Source: a virus
Strand: one strand, 5' to 3'
Virus record (IMG/VR): IMGVR_UViG_3300018430_001101
Location: 1 to 64,000 of that record
DNA length: 64,000 nucleotides
Of the stretch, positions 17,423 to 26,704 are shown piece by piece. Position numbers and translations under genes: made by a program. The notes under the pieces were generated by a model, which saw only the letters and a list, made by a program, of their open reading frames with translations, ran no database searches and was not told where the DNA came from. The first letter of the stretch is position 1. Each line of letters starts with the position of its first letter.

Positions 17423-18514
17423 TCACACTGCCGGAGCCTCAGCATTCTCTGCCGTGTCAGTGGTGCCTTCGGTTTCTGTGGCTTCCACAGCGTCTTCGGC
17501 AGGAGCGGATCCGAAAGCATCTGCTGCGGCCGCGGCCCTCGCCGCCAGCCTCTTCTGCTTCGCTTTCTCGGCATCCTCCGGAGTTCGGAACGCGCTGTGC
17601 CCTGCAAGGGGATCCAGCAGGATCCTGCGCGCTTCCCTGTATTCCCCTCCGCCCATGCCGATGCGTACCATCCACACCCGGAAGGAGTACTTCTCGTTCG
17701 TGTCATCCACGGCCTTGGCAGCGATCCGTTTCTGCCGCAGGGCTGCCGAGTTGATCCTCTCCGCAAGCTGCATGAAGGCCTTCGTCTTTTCCGGCTCATC
17801 CGCCTGCGGGAATCCCGTGAAGATGACTTTCTCAGGTGTCAGCACGAGGCCGGTCATGGAAGGCCCGCCGGTGCTGTCCTCATACATCCCGACTGCCCTG
17901 CGGAAGTCCTCTGCGGTGTAGAGATCCCCGGCTTCATCCAGGGCTTTCAGGAGGCCCGCGTTGATGCCGAAATGACCGCCCGTTGACCTGGTAAGGAGCT
18001 TCCCCCTGCTGTAGATGGTGTTCACGAGGTTCCGCAGGGTCTGTGCGTTGTGGCTGCCCGCAGGCAGGCTGATTGCAAGGTCGTAGATGGCATTGTAGTC
18101 ATAAGGCTGTTCTTCCATGCGGTCCTCTACCTTCCCTGACGCACCTTCGCCCTCTTCGGTTTCTGCTTCCACGGCGGGTTCACCTTCCGGGACGGCCTCT
18201 TCTTCCACAGTAGTCTGCTCCTCTGCCTCAGTGGTCTGGTCTTCTGTGGTCTGCTTCTTTGACTCTGCGGCGTGTGCCTCAGTCGCCGGCGTCTCTCCGG
18301 CTTCGATCAGTCCTTCGTCGATCAGCGTCTGGAGGATCTGCCAGTCCGCTTTGTCCTCTTCGGCCGTGAGCCTGCCGTCCATCTCGATGGCGTAGTCCCC
18401 GACCAGGTAGGCGCACCTCGGGACGTATGTGTAAACCGCCTTTGTCCCTGTCAGTTCCTCCAGCCGCTTCTTTACGGCTTTCCTGTCATCCACTTTCTTT
18501 CTGAATTCCAGCAT
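17423..18514 (-). CDS. Hypothetical protein (363 aa) with acidic linker
   Basis: ATG 18514 after AAAGGAGACG SD; no family recognised. Confidence 0.45.
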   Translation of the reverse strand: MLEFRKKVDDRKAVKKRLEELTGTKAVYTYVPRCAYLVGDYAIEMDGRLTAEEDKADWQILQTLIDEGLIEAGETPATEAHAAESKKQTTEDQTTEAEEQTTVEEEAVPEGEPAVEAETEEGEGASGKVEDRMEEQPYDYNAIYDLAISLPAGSHNAQTLRNLVNTIYSRGKLLTRSTGGHFGINAGLLKALDEAGDLYTAEDFRRAVGMYEDSTGGPSMTGLVLTPEKVIFTGFPQADEPEKTKAFMQLAERINSAALRQKRIAAKAVDDTNEKYSFRVWMVRIGMGGGEYREARRILLDPLAGHSAFRTPEDAEKAKQKRLAARAAAAADAFGSAPAEDAVEATETEGTTDTAENAEAPAV

Positions 18515-18798
18515 GTTCGTCTCCTTTCTTTCTGCGCTGCCTGCCGGACATCCCCGGTGCCGCCGGGAACCTTCCATCCCCGGTGCCGGCCTTCCGCAGG
18601 CGCTTGTCTTTGGGTAGTGTATTAATCACTCTGAACCACCGTATTATCAAGCGGAAAATGTGGGATTCTGCGCAGGTTCGGGATGTTCTGCGTAATGCAC
18701 AAAATAGTCCAGCACAGACTGGCAGATAGTCACAGTCTTTGAACCACAACGTCGCTATCGTCACAGCCTGTGCCGGATGGAGCCGGAGCGCCGCACGG

Positions 18799-21700
18799 TC
18801 AGACGGCACCTTTTCCCGCTGCCCAGGCGATCCCTGAAAGCACGAAATAAACTATAGGCAAAGAAATCCCGTTGCCCCATAACTTGTACTCGGCGGCATC
18901 CGTGTGGGGATCGGCGAGCCATTTGCGGAGCTGCTTCTCCGTCTTCGGCTTCTTCCCGTTCATGGCGTTCCACGCGTCCCACACTCCCTTCCAGAACGCC
19001 ATTTCCTCCGGCGACGGATCCGGGTCTGCAAGGCCCGCGCACCACCAGTCCGGGAAGCCCTGGAGCCTCGCGCATTCGACCGGGGTGAGCCTGCGGACGA
19101 TGTACATGGGCTCCTCGTTCGGCATGTCGTTCAGGATCGGCGGGTCCTTGTAGTCCGTCGCCACAAGGGTGTTCGCCTGCTCCTTCGCGGGGTGCATGAA
19201 GAAGGAATTCTTGGATGTTGAGTAATGGCTGGCATCCTCCAGGGGTGCCGCCACGCAGTGCCGGTCCGCGGTATTGAGGGTGAACGCGACTTCCTCGTTG
19301 ATGCCGCTTCCCTGCGGGCCGTTCTTTTCCTTCCTCCCAACCATGGAACCCTGCAGCGAATAGGCAGGTTCCGCGGATTCAGCCGGTTCCACAGGCTCCA
19401 CAGGCGCGACGATGCAGATGCCCCCCTGGTTGCAGCAGGGATTACCTCCGCCCTGGTCAAGGGTCCGGCTCGTCTCCGCCTCGTAGAATCCTGCCTTCGG
19501 GTTGTCCGAAAGCATGGAGTGGGAACTCTTGCTGCACACGCCGAATGCCACCGGCTGGAACAGCGTCTGGTCATTGTGGGTGCCAAGTGTAGCAGATTTA
19601 TTGACCTGCCGGATCGGGCCTTTCCCTCCTCCGGGGCAGCCTCCACGGATCTTAAGGGTCACAGGCTCCGGCTCTGCCACAAGCGGCTGCGTGTTCCCGC
19701 CGGTTCCGTAGCGTGCAGTGACCGTGGGGCTGTCCTCCAGGGGGCCGTCATAGCGGCAGTCCTGCGGATGGTTGTCAAAGAGCATTGCCGCCGGGACTAC
19801 GCCCGCCCTCAGCGTAGGGGAGACTTCTTCCCCGTAGCCGATGCTCCGCGCCTTCGCGCTGTGTTCCGTGGAAAAGCCCGCTGCCTGGAGTACCTGTTCA
19901 CCGGATCCTTCAGCCAAAGCGTCGGGCGGAACCGCCGCAGGATGCAGGACGGCAGGGTGGTTGCCGTGGTCCTGCGCGACCAGGGTGCCCGCATGCCCCT
20001 CCGTGACGGTGATCCCGCTGCTCCCCTGGGGGTTCACGCACACTTCGGTCACACGGGATCCGCCTCCTGAACCGCCTGCGCTTACTCCACTTCCAGCGTC
20101 AGGCCGCCCGCCTGCCTCTCCAGCGCCTTTTTCAGCACCTCCGGCAGCTCCTTCCCACGCGCGGAAGCCCTGCGGAGTATACCCAGACACGCCTTCGGAC
20201 TCAAATAGTACTTCCGGGGCACTTCCTCCAGCAAAATCTGCGACAAGGTAGATCCTTGCGCGGCGCTGGGGGCAGGACCAGTATTGAGTGTCGAGAGTCC
20301 TGTAAGCCACGCTCCATCCGTCTCCCAGGTATACGTCCGCTTTAGGCCATCTGTAATTCTCAGGCGGAGGCACCTCGGCTCCTTCCTCCCTGACGCCGAT
20401 GACGGCTTCGAGGACGGCCTTGAAGTCCCTTCCCCCATTGGAGGAGAGGGCCCCAGTAACGTTTTCCCACACGCAGTATCTTGGGTATCTGCCATTTGTC
20501 GCCTCCCTCATTTCCCTGATGATCCGGATCGCCTCGAAGAACAGGTTTGACCTCTGTCCTTCATGGATGCCGGCCCGTTTGCCTGCTATGGAAAGATCCT
20601 GACAATTGTGCACTGTGATCCCGTCTGCAATATAGCTGTTATCCTCTTCTACTGTCAGGTTGTACACAAGCTTCGTATGATGTGTCGGGATCACTTTTCT
20701 CACCCGATACCATCCGTGCAGGTCGTCGGTAAGGTGGACCCGCTTCCCATTCCGTGTGATTTTTACTTCATAGCAGTCGTTCTGGTTGACCAGCCGTCCT
20801 TCTATTACCCCGGTTTTTCTGACATTATAGAGATAGACAGTTGTCGAATACCCCTGCACTTCCGCAAGAAGCCGGATGCTCTCGGCAAGCTTTTTGCTGA
20901 CCGTGCTGATCCTCCATGTTGTCTCTTTGCCCTTTACCTTGGACCCGTCAGAATCAATTAAACCGTTTAACAATGCCTGCCTGTATCCTTCCTGCATGCC
21001 GAAAACCCATCCCGGCATGGTTTTGCCGATTGCGTAACGACCGAAGTTATCCGTAAGCCATCCGCTCAGCACCTGGGAAACAAAAGAAAAACGCACGACA
21101 CCTCTGTCATGCGCAACGCAATATCTATCTGATATTTTCCCGACTATGCTTTTCAGTTCGTCTTCCTTATCTTCGGAATCACAGATGAAAACCTTCCCGT
21201 AAGTTTCTCCTTCCGGCCTGTTGCTTCTCTGTCCATTACATACCCACCCATCCCCGAGCCAGCGTCCCACAAAATAGAAGAAGTCTTCAGACAACGTCGG
21301 CATAGCCTTCTGCCTCCATGATCCTGAATACACTGGTGACGCAATCGGAAGACCCTCTACGGCATTGGGGACTCCCCAAAAACCACCTTCCATTTCTCCT
21401 GCAGGTATCCAGTTCCTCTCATCTGTCAGAATCAGTTGGTTTCCTCTTTTCCCGTTTCCAAGAGATGGGTAGTATTTTTTTACTCCGCAAGAATATATAG
21501 GATGGTTTGGCGTGCACTCCAAGCCATAGTGATTGCCTTTCAGTATCACGGTCTCTCCAGGCTTTGCGCCTGACGCAGTAACCTTCTTCCATCTGCCCTT
21601 ATGTGTGAGAACCTTTGTTCCGACTCCTATCTTCTCTATTGGAACATATCCCTCTTCTGTCAGCACCAGCGTCCCTGCCGGGAAGCAAGGCGAGCCAAAT

Positions 21701-21915
21701 GTTATGATGTCCACAGGCTCCAGTTCGGATCCTTTGAGCTTCGAAACATCCCCATAGTGCTTCACCTGCGGCAGCCGCCTGTGGGTGACCAGGATTGGGA
21801 ACGGCTCGATCTCGCTGGAAAAAACCGGCCTAATCCCGGCAAGGATGCCGCCTAAAGGAAAACCCCCGGAGCCGTCAAACAGGCTGCCGAGGGTCAGTGT
21901 TTTCTTTTCTGCCAT
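18799..21915 (-). CDS. DNA (cytosine-5)-methyltransferase with long variable region, interrupted by a LAGLIDADG intein
   Basis: Motif I LFDGSGG, motif IV split as GSP|intein|CQDLSIAGKRAG, ENV motif YCVWENV, C-terminal RRLTPVECARLQGFPDWW and GNGISLPIV. Confidence 0.9.
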   Translation of the reverse strand: MAEKKTLTLGSLFDGSGGFPLGGILAGIRPVFSSEIEPFPILVTHRRLPQVKHYGDVSKLKGSELEPVDIITFGSPCFPAGTLVLTEEGYVPIEKIGVGTKVLTHKGRWKKVTASGAKPGETVILKGNHYGLECTPNHPIYSCGVKKYYPSLGNGKRGNQLILTDERNWIPAGEMEGGFWGVPNAVEGLPIASPVYSGSWRQKAMPTLSEDFFYFVGRWLGDGWVCNGQRSNRPEGETYGKVFICDSEDKEDELKSIVGKISDRYCVAHDRGVVRFSFVSQVLSGWLTDNFGRYAIGKTMPGWVFGMQEGYRQALLNGLIDSDGSKVKGKETTWRISTVSKKLAESIRLLAEVQGYSTTVYLYNVRKTGVIEGRLVNQNDCYEVKITRNGKRVHLTDDLHGWYRVRKVIPTHHTKLVYNLTVEEDNSYIADGITVHNCQDLSIAGKRAGIHEGQRSNLFFEAIRIIREMREATNGRYPRYCVWENVTGALSSNGGRDFKAVLEAVIGVREEGAEVPPPENYRWPKADVYLGDGWSVAYRTLDTQYWSCPQRRARIYLVADFAGGSAPEVLFESEGVSGYTPQGFRAWEGAAGGAEKGAGEAGGRPDAGSGVSAGGSGGGSRVTEVCVNPQGSSGITVTEGHAGTLVAQDHGNHPAVLHPAAVPPDALAEGSGEQVLQAAGFSTEHSAKARSIGYGEEVSPTLRAGVVPAAMLFDNHPQDCRYDGPLEDSPTVTARYGTGGNTQPLVAEPEPVTLKIRGGCPGGGKGPIRQVNKSATLGTHNDQTLFQPVAFGVCSKSSHSMLSDNPKAGFYEAETSRTLDQGGGNPCCNQGGICIVAPVEPVEPAESAEPAYSLQGSMVGRKEKNGPQGSGINEEVAFTLNTADRHCVAAPLEDASHYSTSKNSFFMHPAKEQANTLVATDYKDPPILNDMPNEEPMYIVRRLTPVECARLQGFPDWWCAGLADPDPSPEEMAFWKGVWDAWNAMNGKKPKTEKQLRKWLADPHTDAAEYKLWGNGISLPIVYFVLSGIAWAAGKGAV
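20605..21687 (-). mobile_element. Intein (361 aa) in C5-MTase with LAGLIDADG motifs
   Basis: Begins CFPAGTLVLTEEG after ITFGSP; ends GITVHN followed by Cys that is the catalytic Cys of PCQ motif (junction verified at 20605-20607 = AAT Asn, then TGT). LAGLIDADG motifs FVGRWLGDGW and LLNGLIDSDGS. Confidence 0.8.
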
Positions 21916-21951
21916 TATACATTTCTCCTTCGCCGCGCAGGCCTGCCCGCC

Positions 21952-22658
21952 TCACACATACTCGACGCACCTGTCCGACTTCTGGAATACCCAGAAATAT
22001 GAATGGAACTTCCTCGCGTGCTCCTGGTTCTTCCTCTGCCAGTCCGCGACCAGGCGGTTCTTTGCAAGCAGGATGAACAGGTCCTTCGGGTAGAATCCCG
22101 CCTCCACTGCCTGTTCCATCACGAACACATGGGAGAAGTACTGCTTCCCGCTGCTCACCTTGTCCTGGCATTTGAAGATCAGGATGCCGCCGGGTCCAGC
22201 ACCCGGTATGCTTCCCGGATGGCGTCCCTGTACATCCTGTGCAGGCTCTTTTCATCCGGGTACACGCCGAAGCGCCGGTTGATCCGGTTGCTGCCGGTCC
22301 GGCCTCCTCCTTCCAGGCAATGGCCTTCAGCCATCCCCTGTCCTTCCGGCAAGGGCTGGCAGGCTTCCAGCGACGGGCCCTTCGCCGCGAGGAACGGCGG
22401 GTCGAGCATCATGCACGCTATGCTCCGGTCTGCAAGCGGGAGGTGCCGCGCGTCCGCCCTTGCGACGCCCCCAGCCTGCGGCCTTATGTCGAAACACAGT
22501 GCGGGGCGCCCTATGCCGGTGCCATCGTAAAAGGCTCCCGTGCTGAAGGTCGGGTCGCAATCAATCCTCCCTCCGGGCACATGGAGCCTTATGATGTCCT
22601 TTATGATCTGCGCCTGGTCATAGCCGGTGCTCTTTACCAGGCCGCGTGTTTCCGTCAC
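21952..22658 (-). pseudogene. Frameshifted, C-terminally truncated N6/N4-type DNA methyltransferase remnant
   Basis: ORF 22179..22658 has motif IV context ADARHLPLADRSIACMMLDPPF and ...REAYRVLDPAAS*; the continuation GGILIFKCQD...GFYPKDLFILLAKN (catalytic-region motifs) is in the -1 frame (ORF 21952..22158). No HPT.KP / DPF.GSGTT C-terminal block before the C5-MTase start at 21915. Confidence 0.5.
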
Positions 22659-23575
22659 TCCGGCTCCCGGGCCTCCGCCGTACCCACGTTGCCAGACACA
22701 TCCCCGGTGTCCCCGAGAAAGCCGCCCGCATCAAAGAGGGGAATGGCGCCTCCTGTGATGGCGGGGAGCTTCCCGTCCCATGCGGATGCCTTTTTCATCT
22801 CGATCAGCTCCGGCGTCAGGCTCTCGCGGATGAGCCTGTTCGCTTCTGACTCCGCTTCCGCTGCGATGCGGGTCTGCTCGGCCTTCCCCTCGGCTTCGAG
22901 GATCCTGACCTGCTTCTTCGCCTCCGCGTCGGCGACCTTCGTCTCGTTCTCGATCTTCGCCTTTGCCTGCTCCTGGGCGGCGATGGACTTTGCCTGGATC
23001 GCGTCGTTGTACTTTTCGTCGAAGTCCATGTCGGGGATCGTCACCTTGCAGACGCGCACGGTCTCTTCCCCATACTTCCCGTCAAGTGAGGCGGCGAGCT
23101 TCTCCTGGACGAGCGGCTCGATCTTCGAGCGGTCGGTCACGTCCTTCGGGGAAAGCTCCACCATGGCGGACTTGACGGACGAGCCGACGAGCGGCTCCGT
23201 GATCAGGTGGTTCCTGTAGTCCGCCACGTTGGCGAATATCCACACTGAACGCTCCGGCAGGATCTGGTAGGTCACCGTCACGCCTTCCGCGTAGACCGGG
23301 GTCTTGTCGTCGGTCTCGCCCCAGATCTGGCCCTTCACGGTGAAGTCCTGCTGCTTGTTGTTCACGCGGCTCACGTCCTCCACGAAAGGCGCCGTGATGA
23401 TCAGCTGCCCGCTCTGGACGGGCTTCTCATCAATCTGGCCGCATTTCGTGCGGACCCCGGTGTACCCCGTCGGGATGATGTGTACGTTGAAGGCCGCGAA
23501 CAGCACGATGAGCACTGCCGCGGCCAGGATGATCAGGTTTTTAAACTGCCTTGCTGTCTTTGCGATCTTCTTCAT
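22655..23575 (-). CDS. SPFH/band-7 (prohibitin/HflC-like) membrane protein
   Basis: N-terminal TM helix LIILAAAVLIVLFAAF, SPFH-like core, long Ala/Glu/Lys coiled-coil tail. Confidence 0.7.
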   Translation of the reverse strand: MKKIAKTARQFKNLIILAAAVLIVLFAAFNVHIIPTGYTGVRTKCGQIDEKPVQSGQLIITAPFVEDVSRVNNKQQDFTVKGQIWGETDDKTPVYAEGVTVTYQILPERSVWIFANVADYRNHLITEPLVGSSVKSAMVELSPKDVTDRSKIEPLVQEKLAASLDGKYGEETVRVCKVTIPDMDFDEKYNDAIQAKSIAAQEQAKAKIENETKVADAEAKKQVRILEAEGKAEQTRIAAEAESEANRLIRESLTPELIEMKKASAWDGKLPAITGGAIPLFDAGGFLGDTGDVSGNVGTAEAREPE

Positions 23576-23688
23576 ATGGTGTTTATCTCCTCTTGTACAC
23601 TTCACGTCCTTGCATTCATGTCCACTGGATTCCGGTCATACCGGCGTCTGTCACGCTGTCCCATGCTTTCCACGCTGTCCCGGAAGTA

Positions 23689-24966
23689 TCAGCCCGCCTC
23701 CGGCTCGAAGGACGCCACCTCGTCGAACATCAGCTTCTGCCCATCGCGGATGACATAGACGTCGTCGTATTTGCCCCCGTTGTTCTCTATGGCGCGTTTG
23801 ACGATCACGTCCACGAACTTCGGATCAAGCTCGATGCCCCTGCAGACGCGGTCCGTCTCCATGCAGGCGATGAGCGTGGAGCCGCTGCCGAGGAAGGGGT
23901 CGAGGACGATCCCGTTCGTCATGGTGCTGTTTTTGATGGGGTAGCCCATGAGCATCACCGGCTTCATCGTGGGATGCTCTTTGGATGACCTGGGCTTGTC
24001 GTATTCCCACACGGTCGTCTGCTTCCTGTCCGAATACCACTGGTGCCTGCCGCCCTTCTTCCAGCCGAAAAGGCAGGGCTCATGGATCCACTGGTAGGGC
24101 GACCTCCCCAGGACGAGGGAGTTCTTCTTCCATATGCAGCATCCCGAAAGGTAGAACCCGGCCTCTTTGAACGCCTTCCGGAAGTTCAGCCCCTCGGTGT
24201 CCGCGTGCCAGACATAGATGCTCCCGTCATCCGCAAGGTTCTCATGCATGCAGCGGTAAGCGGCAAGGAGGAAGCTGTAAAAATCAGAATCGGGCATGTT
24301 GTCGTTCATGATCTTCCCTGCCGTCTCTTCGACGTCTACATTGTACGGAGGGTCCGTAAGCACGAGGTTTGCCTTCTGCCCGTCCATGAGCCGTCCATAT
24401 GTCTCCGGCCTGGTGGCATCTCCGCAGATGACGCGGTGCTTCCCGATCACCCACAGGTCGCCCTCCCTCGAAAACGCCGGCTGCTTCAGCTCCGATTCCA
24501 CGTCGAAGCCGTCTTCCTTCACGTCCTTGTCGTAGATGTTGGAAAAGAGCGTCTCGATCTCCGCCTTCTCGAATCCCGTGAGGTCCGTGTCGAACTCCAG
24601 CCCCTCCAGGTCTTTCAAAAGGTCTGCCAGCAGTTCCTCGTCCCACTGGCCCGTGATCTTGTTGAGCGCGATGTTCAGCGCCTTCTCGCGGGTCTTGTCC
24701 ACGTCGACCACGGCGCAGGGGACTTCTGTGTAGCCGAGTTCGACCGCCACAGACAATCTCTGGTGGCCCCCCACGATTGTCATGTCGGCGTTGACCACGA
24801 GGGGGTCCGCAAAACCGAACTCCTCGATGCTCTTTTTTATCTTCTCGTACTCTTTGTCGCCGGGCTTCAGCTTCTTGCGCGGGTTGTATTCCGCAGGCTT
24901 AAGCACCGACACGGGCAGGACTTTCAGATCTGCCGTCTTAGTTGCTGCCATCTTAGTTACTGCCAT
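23689..24966 (-). CDS. ParB-like nuclease domain fused to beta-class N6/N4 DNA methyltransferase
   Basis: N-terminal ParB-like segment (LKPAEYNPRK); MTase motifs LVLTDPPYNV, IWKKN, HPTMKP, LDPFLGSGST; AAGGAGGAG SD before ATG 24966. Confidence 0.85.
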   Translation of the reverse strand: MAVTKMAATKTADLKVLPVSVLKPAEYNPRKKLKPGDKEYEKIKKSIEEFGFADPLVVNADMTIVGGHQRLSVAVELGYTEVPCAVVDVDKTREKALNIALNKITGQWDEELLADLLKDLEGLEFDTDLTGFEKAEIETLFSNIYDKDVKEDGFDVESELKQPAFSREGDLWVIGKHRVICGDATRPETYGRLMDGQKANLVLTDPPYNVDVEETAGKIMNDNMPDSDFYSFLLAAYRCMHENLADDGSIYVWHADTEGLNFRKAFKEAGFYLSGCCIWKKNSLVLGRSPYQWIHEPCLFGWKKGGRHQWYSDRKQTTVWEYDKPRSSKEHPTMKPVMLMGYPIKNSTMTNGIVLDPFLGSGSTLIACMETDRVCRGIELDPKFVDVIVKRAIENNGGKYDDVYVIRDGQKLMFDEVASFEPEAG

Positions 24967-25318
24967 CCATCTCCTCCTTTGGCTGTCCATCATCCAGCGG
25001 GTGTGCTTCCCGCAGTTCCATTGCCCGGGCGCGGTTTTTCACCCGTTCCCACTGCATCCTTCGGAGCGTCCGTTCAGGAAGGCGCTTCTTCCTGTGCCTT
25101 TCGGCAAGCAGGGACTGCGCCCGGATCCTCCTGCGCAGTTCAGGATCCGTCACGGAAACAACATGCCTCCGGCCGCAGTAAGGGCAGGCGAAGTATGTGT
25201 ATTCCAGGGCGTCCTCCCTGAGCACCTCAGGCTCCGGCTCAAATGCGCACCCGCAGCCGTCACATCTCACGTTTCTGGCATTCCTGGCATCCCCGACATT
25301 ACCGCCATCCATCTTCAT
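24953..25318 (-). CDS. Zinc-ribbon protein (hypothetical)
   Basis: CDGCGC...CPYCG pairs; start chosen at internal ATG. Confidence 0.4.
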   Translation of the reverse strand: MKMDGGNVGDARNARNVRCDGCGCAFEPEPEVLREDALEYTYFACPYCGRRHVVSVTDPELRRRIRAQSLLAERHRKKRLPERTLRRMQWERVKNRARAMELREAHPLDDGQPKEEMDGSN

Positions 25319-25347
25319 TCCTCCCCTGCCAGACAGGCTGCCGCCAT

Positions 25348-26322
25348 TCACAGGTCCACGTTTTCCGAAATGCAGCAGGCCATGCCGTGCGCATTGCAGA
25401 ATGCCCTGATCCTGAGCTTCAGCACGTTGTCCTTCGTGTATTCCAGGAGGAACCCGCCCATGCCGTGGCTCACGCACCTCTTCATGTGGGACTGATACCA
25501 TTCGGACTGCTTCTTCTCCTGATTTCCGAACTTCCCGGTGCCTTTGTAGCTGGTGATGAGGGAGAAGACTTCCTCCTGGGTAACGCCGTCCACGCACCCG
25601 CAGGAACCGCTGCCGCCTTCTTCCACGATGAACGCGCCAGTAAAGCCCGCCGCCTTCGCTTTTGACAGCATCTTTTCAGCATTTCCCCTCACTGAGAAGG
25701 CTCCTGCCTGGACCCGGTAAACGCCGGCAGCCTGGAGGACCACGGCATTGATCCCTCCTGCCTCAGCTTCCTTCTGCCTGCGTTTTGCGTTCCCTTCCAC
25801 GCTGAAGGCGCCGAGCTGGACCTTGTACAGGGCCTTTCCTCCGTCATTGTCCATGAGCTTTCCGAGGAAGGAACTCCCGCCGTTCACCATGACATAGCCT
25901 CCGAGGGCTTTGATCCTGCCCAGGACGGACTTCACCGCGTTGTACATCGCGGAGGAAGGGTACTCCTCATAAACATCGAGGTTGTCGATCCACCAGCCGT
26001 CGAATCCCTGGGCTTTGACAGCCCTCGCCCTGTCCACGCACCAGTCTCTCGCGGCGGCCTTCCTGAGGTCCAGGTACCTTTCATGGGGCCAGTCATCAAG
26101 CTTTTTCAGGCAGTACGGCTTCAGGGCTTTGTAATACTCCCTCTCGTCAGACACGGATCCGCAGGAAAGGTATCCGAGCACGGTGTATCCCGATGCCTTC
26201 AGCGCTGCCACCTCCGCCTTCGTGTAATCCTCCGGCTCGATGGCAAGGAGCGTCCTGCCCTGCGCTTTCCCGAGTTTTGCTGCCGACACCTTCGTCGTCA
26301 GCGATACGATATACTTGTCCAT
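25348..26322 (-). CDS. Putative glycoside hydrolase (GH114-like TIM-barrel) with two SPOR domains
   Basis: N-terminal domain with GFDGWWIDNLDVYEEY (GH114-like motif, from memory); two SPOR-like repeats (YKVQLGAFSVEGNAKRR..., YRVQAGAFSVRGNAEKMLSKAKAAGF). Confidence 0.55.
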   Translation of the reverse strand: MDKYIVSLTTKVSAAKLGKAQGRTLLAIEPEDYTKAEVAALKASGYTVLGYLSCGSVSDEREYYKALKPYCLKKLDDWPHERYLDLRKAAARDWCVDRARAVKAQGFDGWWIDNLDVYEEYPSSAMYNAVKSVLGRIKALGGYVMVNGGSSFLGKLMDNDGGKALYKVQLGAFSVEGNAKRRQKEAEAGGINAVVLQAAGVYRVQAGAFSVRGNAEKMLSKAKAAGFTGAFIVEEGGSGSCGCVDGVTQEEVFSLITSYKGTGKFGNQEKKQSEWYQSHMKRCVSHGMGGFLLEYTKDNVLKLRIRAFCNAHGMACCISENVDL

Positions 26323-26377
26323 TTGAACCTCCTCTGCCCGGTTTCTATCCTGTGTTCCACTCCCGTCCGGCATCCGC

Positions 26378-26614
26378 CTAACAGATCCCTGCATTGCTTA
26401 ACACCTGCAAGGGCGGTACCCGGAGAGAAATACCGGGATCTGTCCCATATATCCCAGGGGATTCAGGAACCAGTGAAACATAGTCCGCAGTAATCCCGTA
26501 TTTCAGGAGGATATAAAGCAGTACTGCTACGCATGCGGCCAATATGATCAGCGCAAATATTGAAATGCCAGTGAGGACACAGCATTCTGCTTCGAAGGCA
26601 GCTGCCGGACTCAT
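26378..26614 (-). CDS. Small membrane protein (one TM; holin-like candidate)
   Basis: ISIFALIILAACVAVLLYILL hydrophobic helix. Confidence 0.35.
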   Translation of the reverse strand: MSPAAAFEAECCVLTGISIFALIILAACVAVLLYILLKYGITADYVSLVPESPGIYGTDPGISLRVPPLQVLSNAGIC

Positions 26615-26704
26615 TTTCCAAGTCCTTTCGCCCGTCCTTATGATTGATCCCCTGCTTCTGCACATGCCGCACCTCCTTCACATCCGCCCTTCTGCTGATG
26701 ATCT

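Noticed and set aside
22179-22658. ORF 22179..22658 as an intact gamma-class MTase N-terminal fragment
   Set aside because: The CDPTFSTGAF segment is too weak a match to motif I, whereas the downstream -1-frame continuation clearly matches beta-class MTase motifs. It is therefore treated as a frameshifted remnant.
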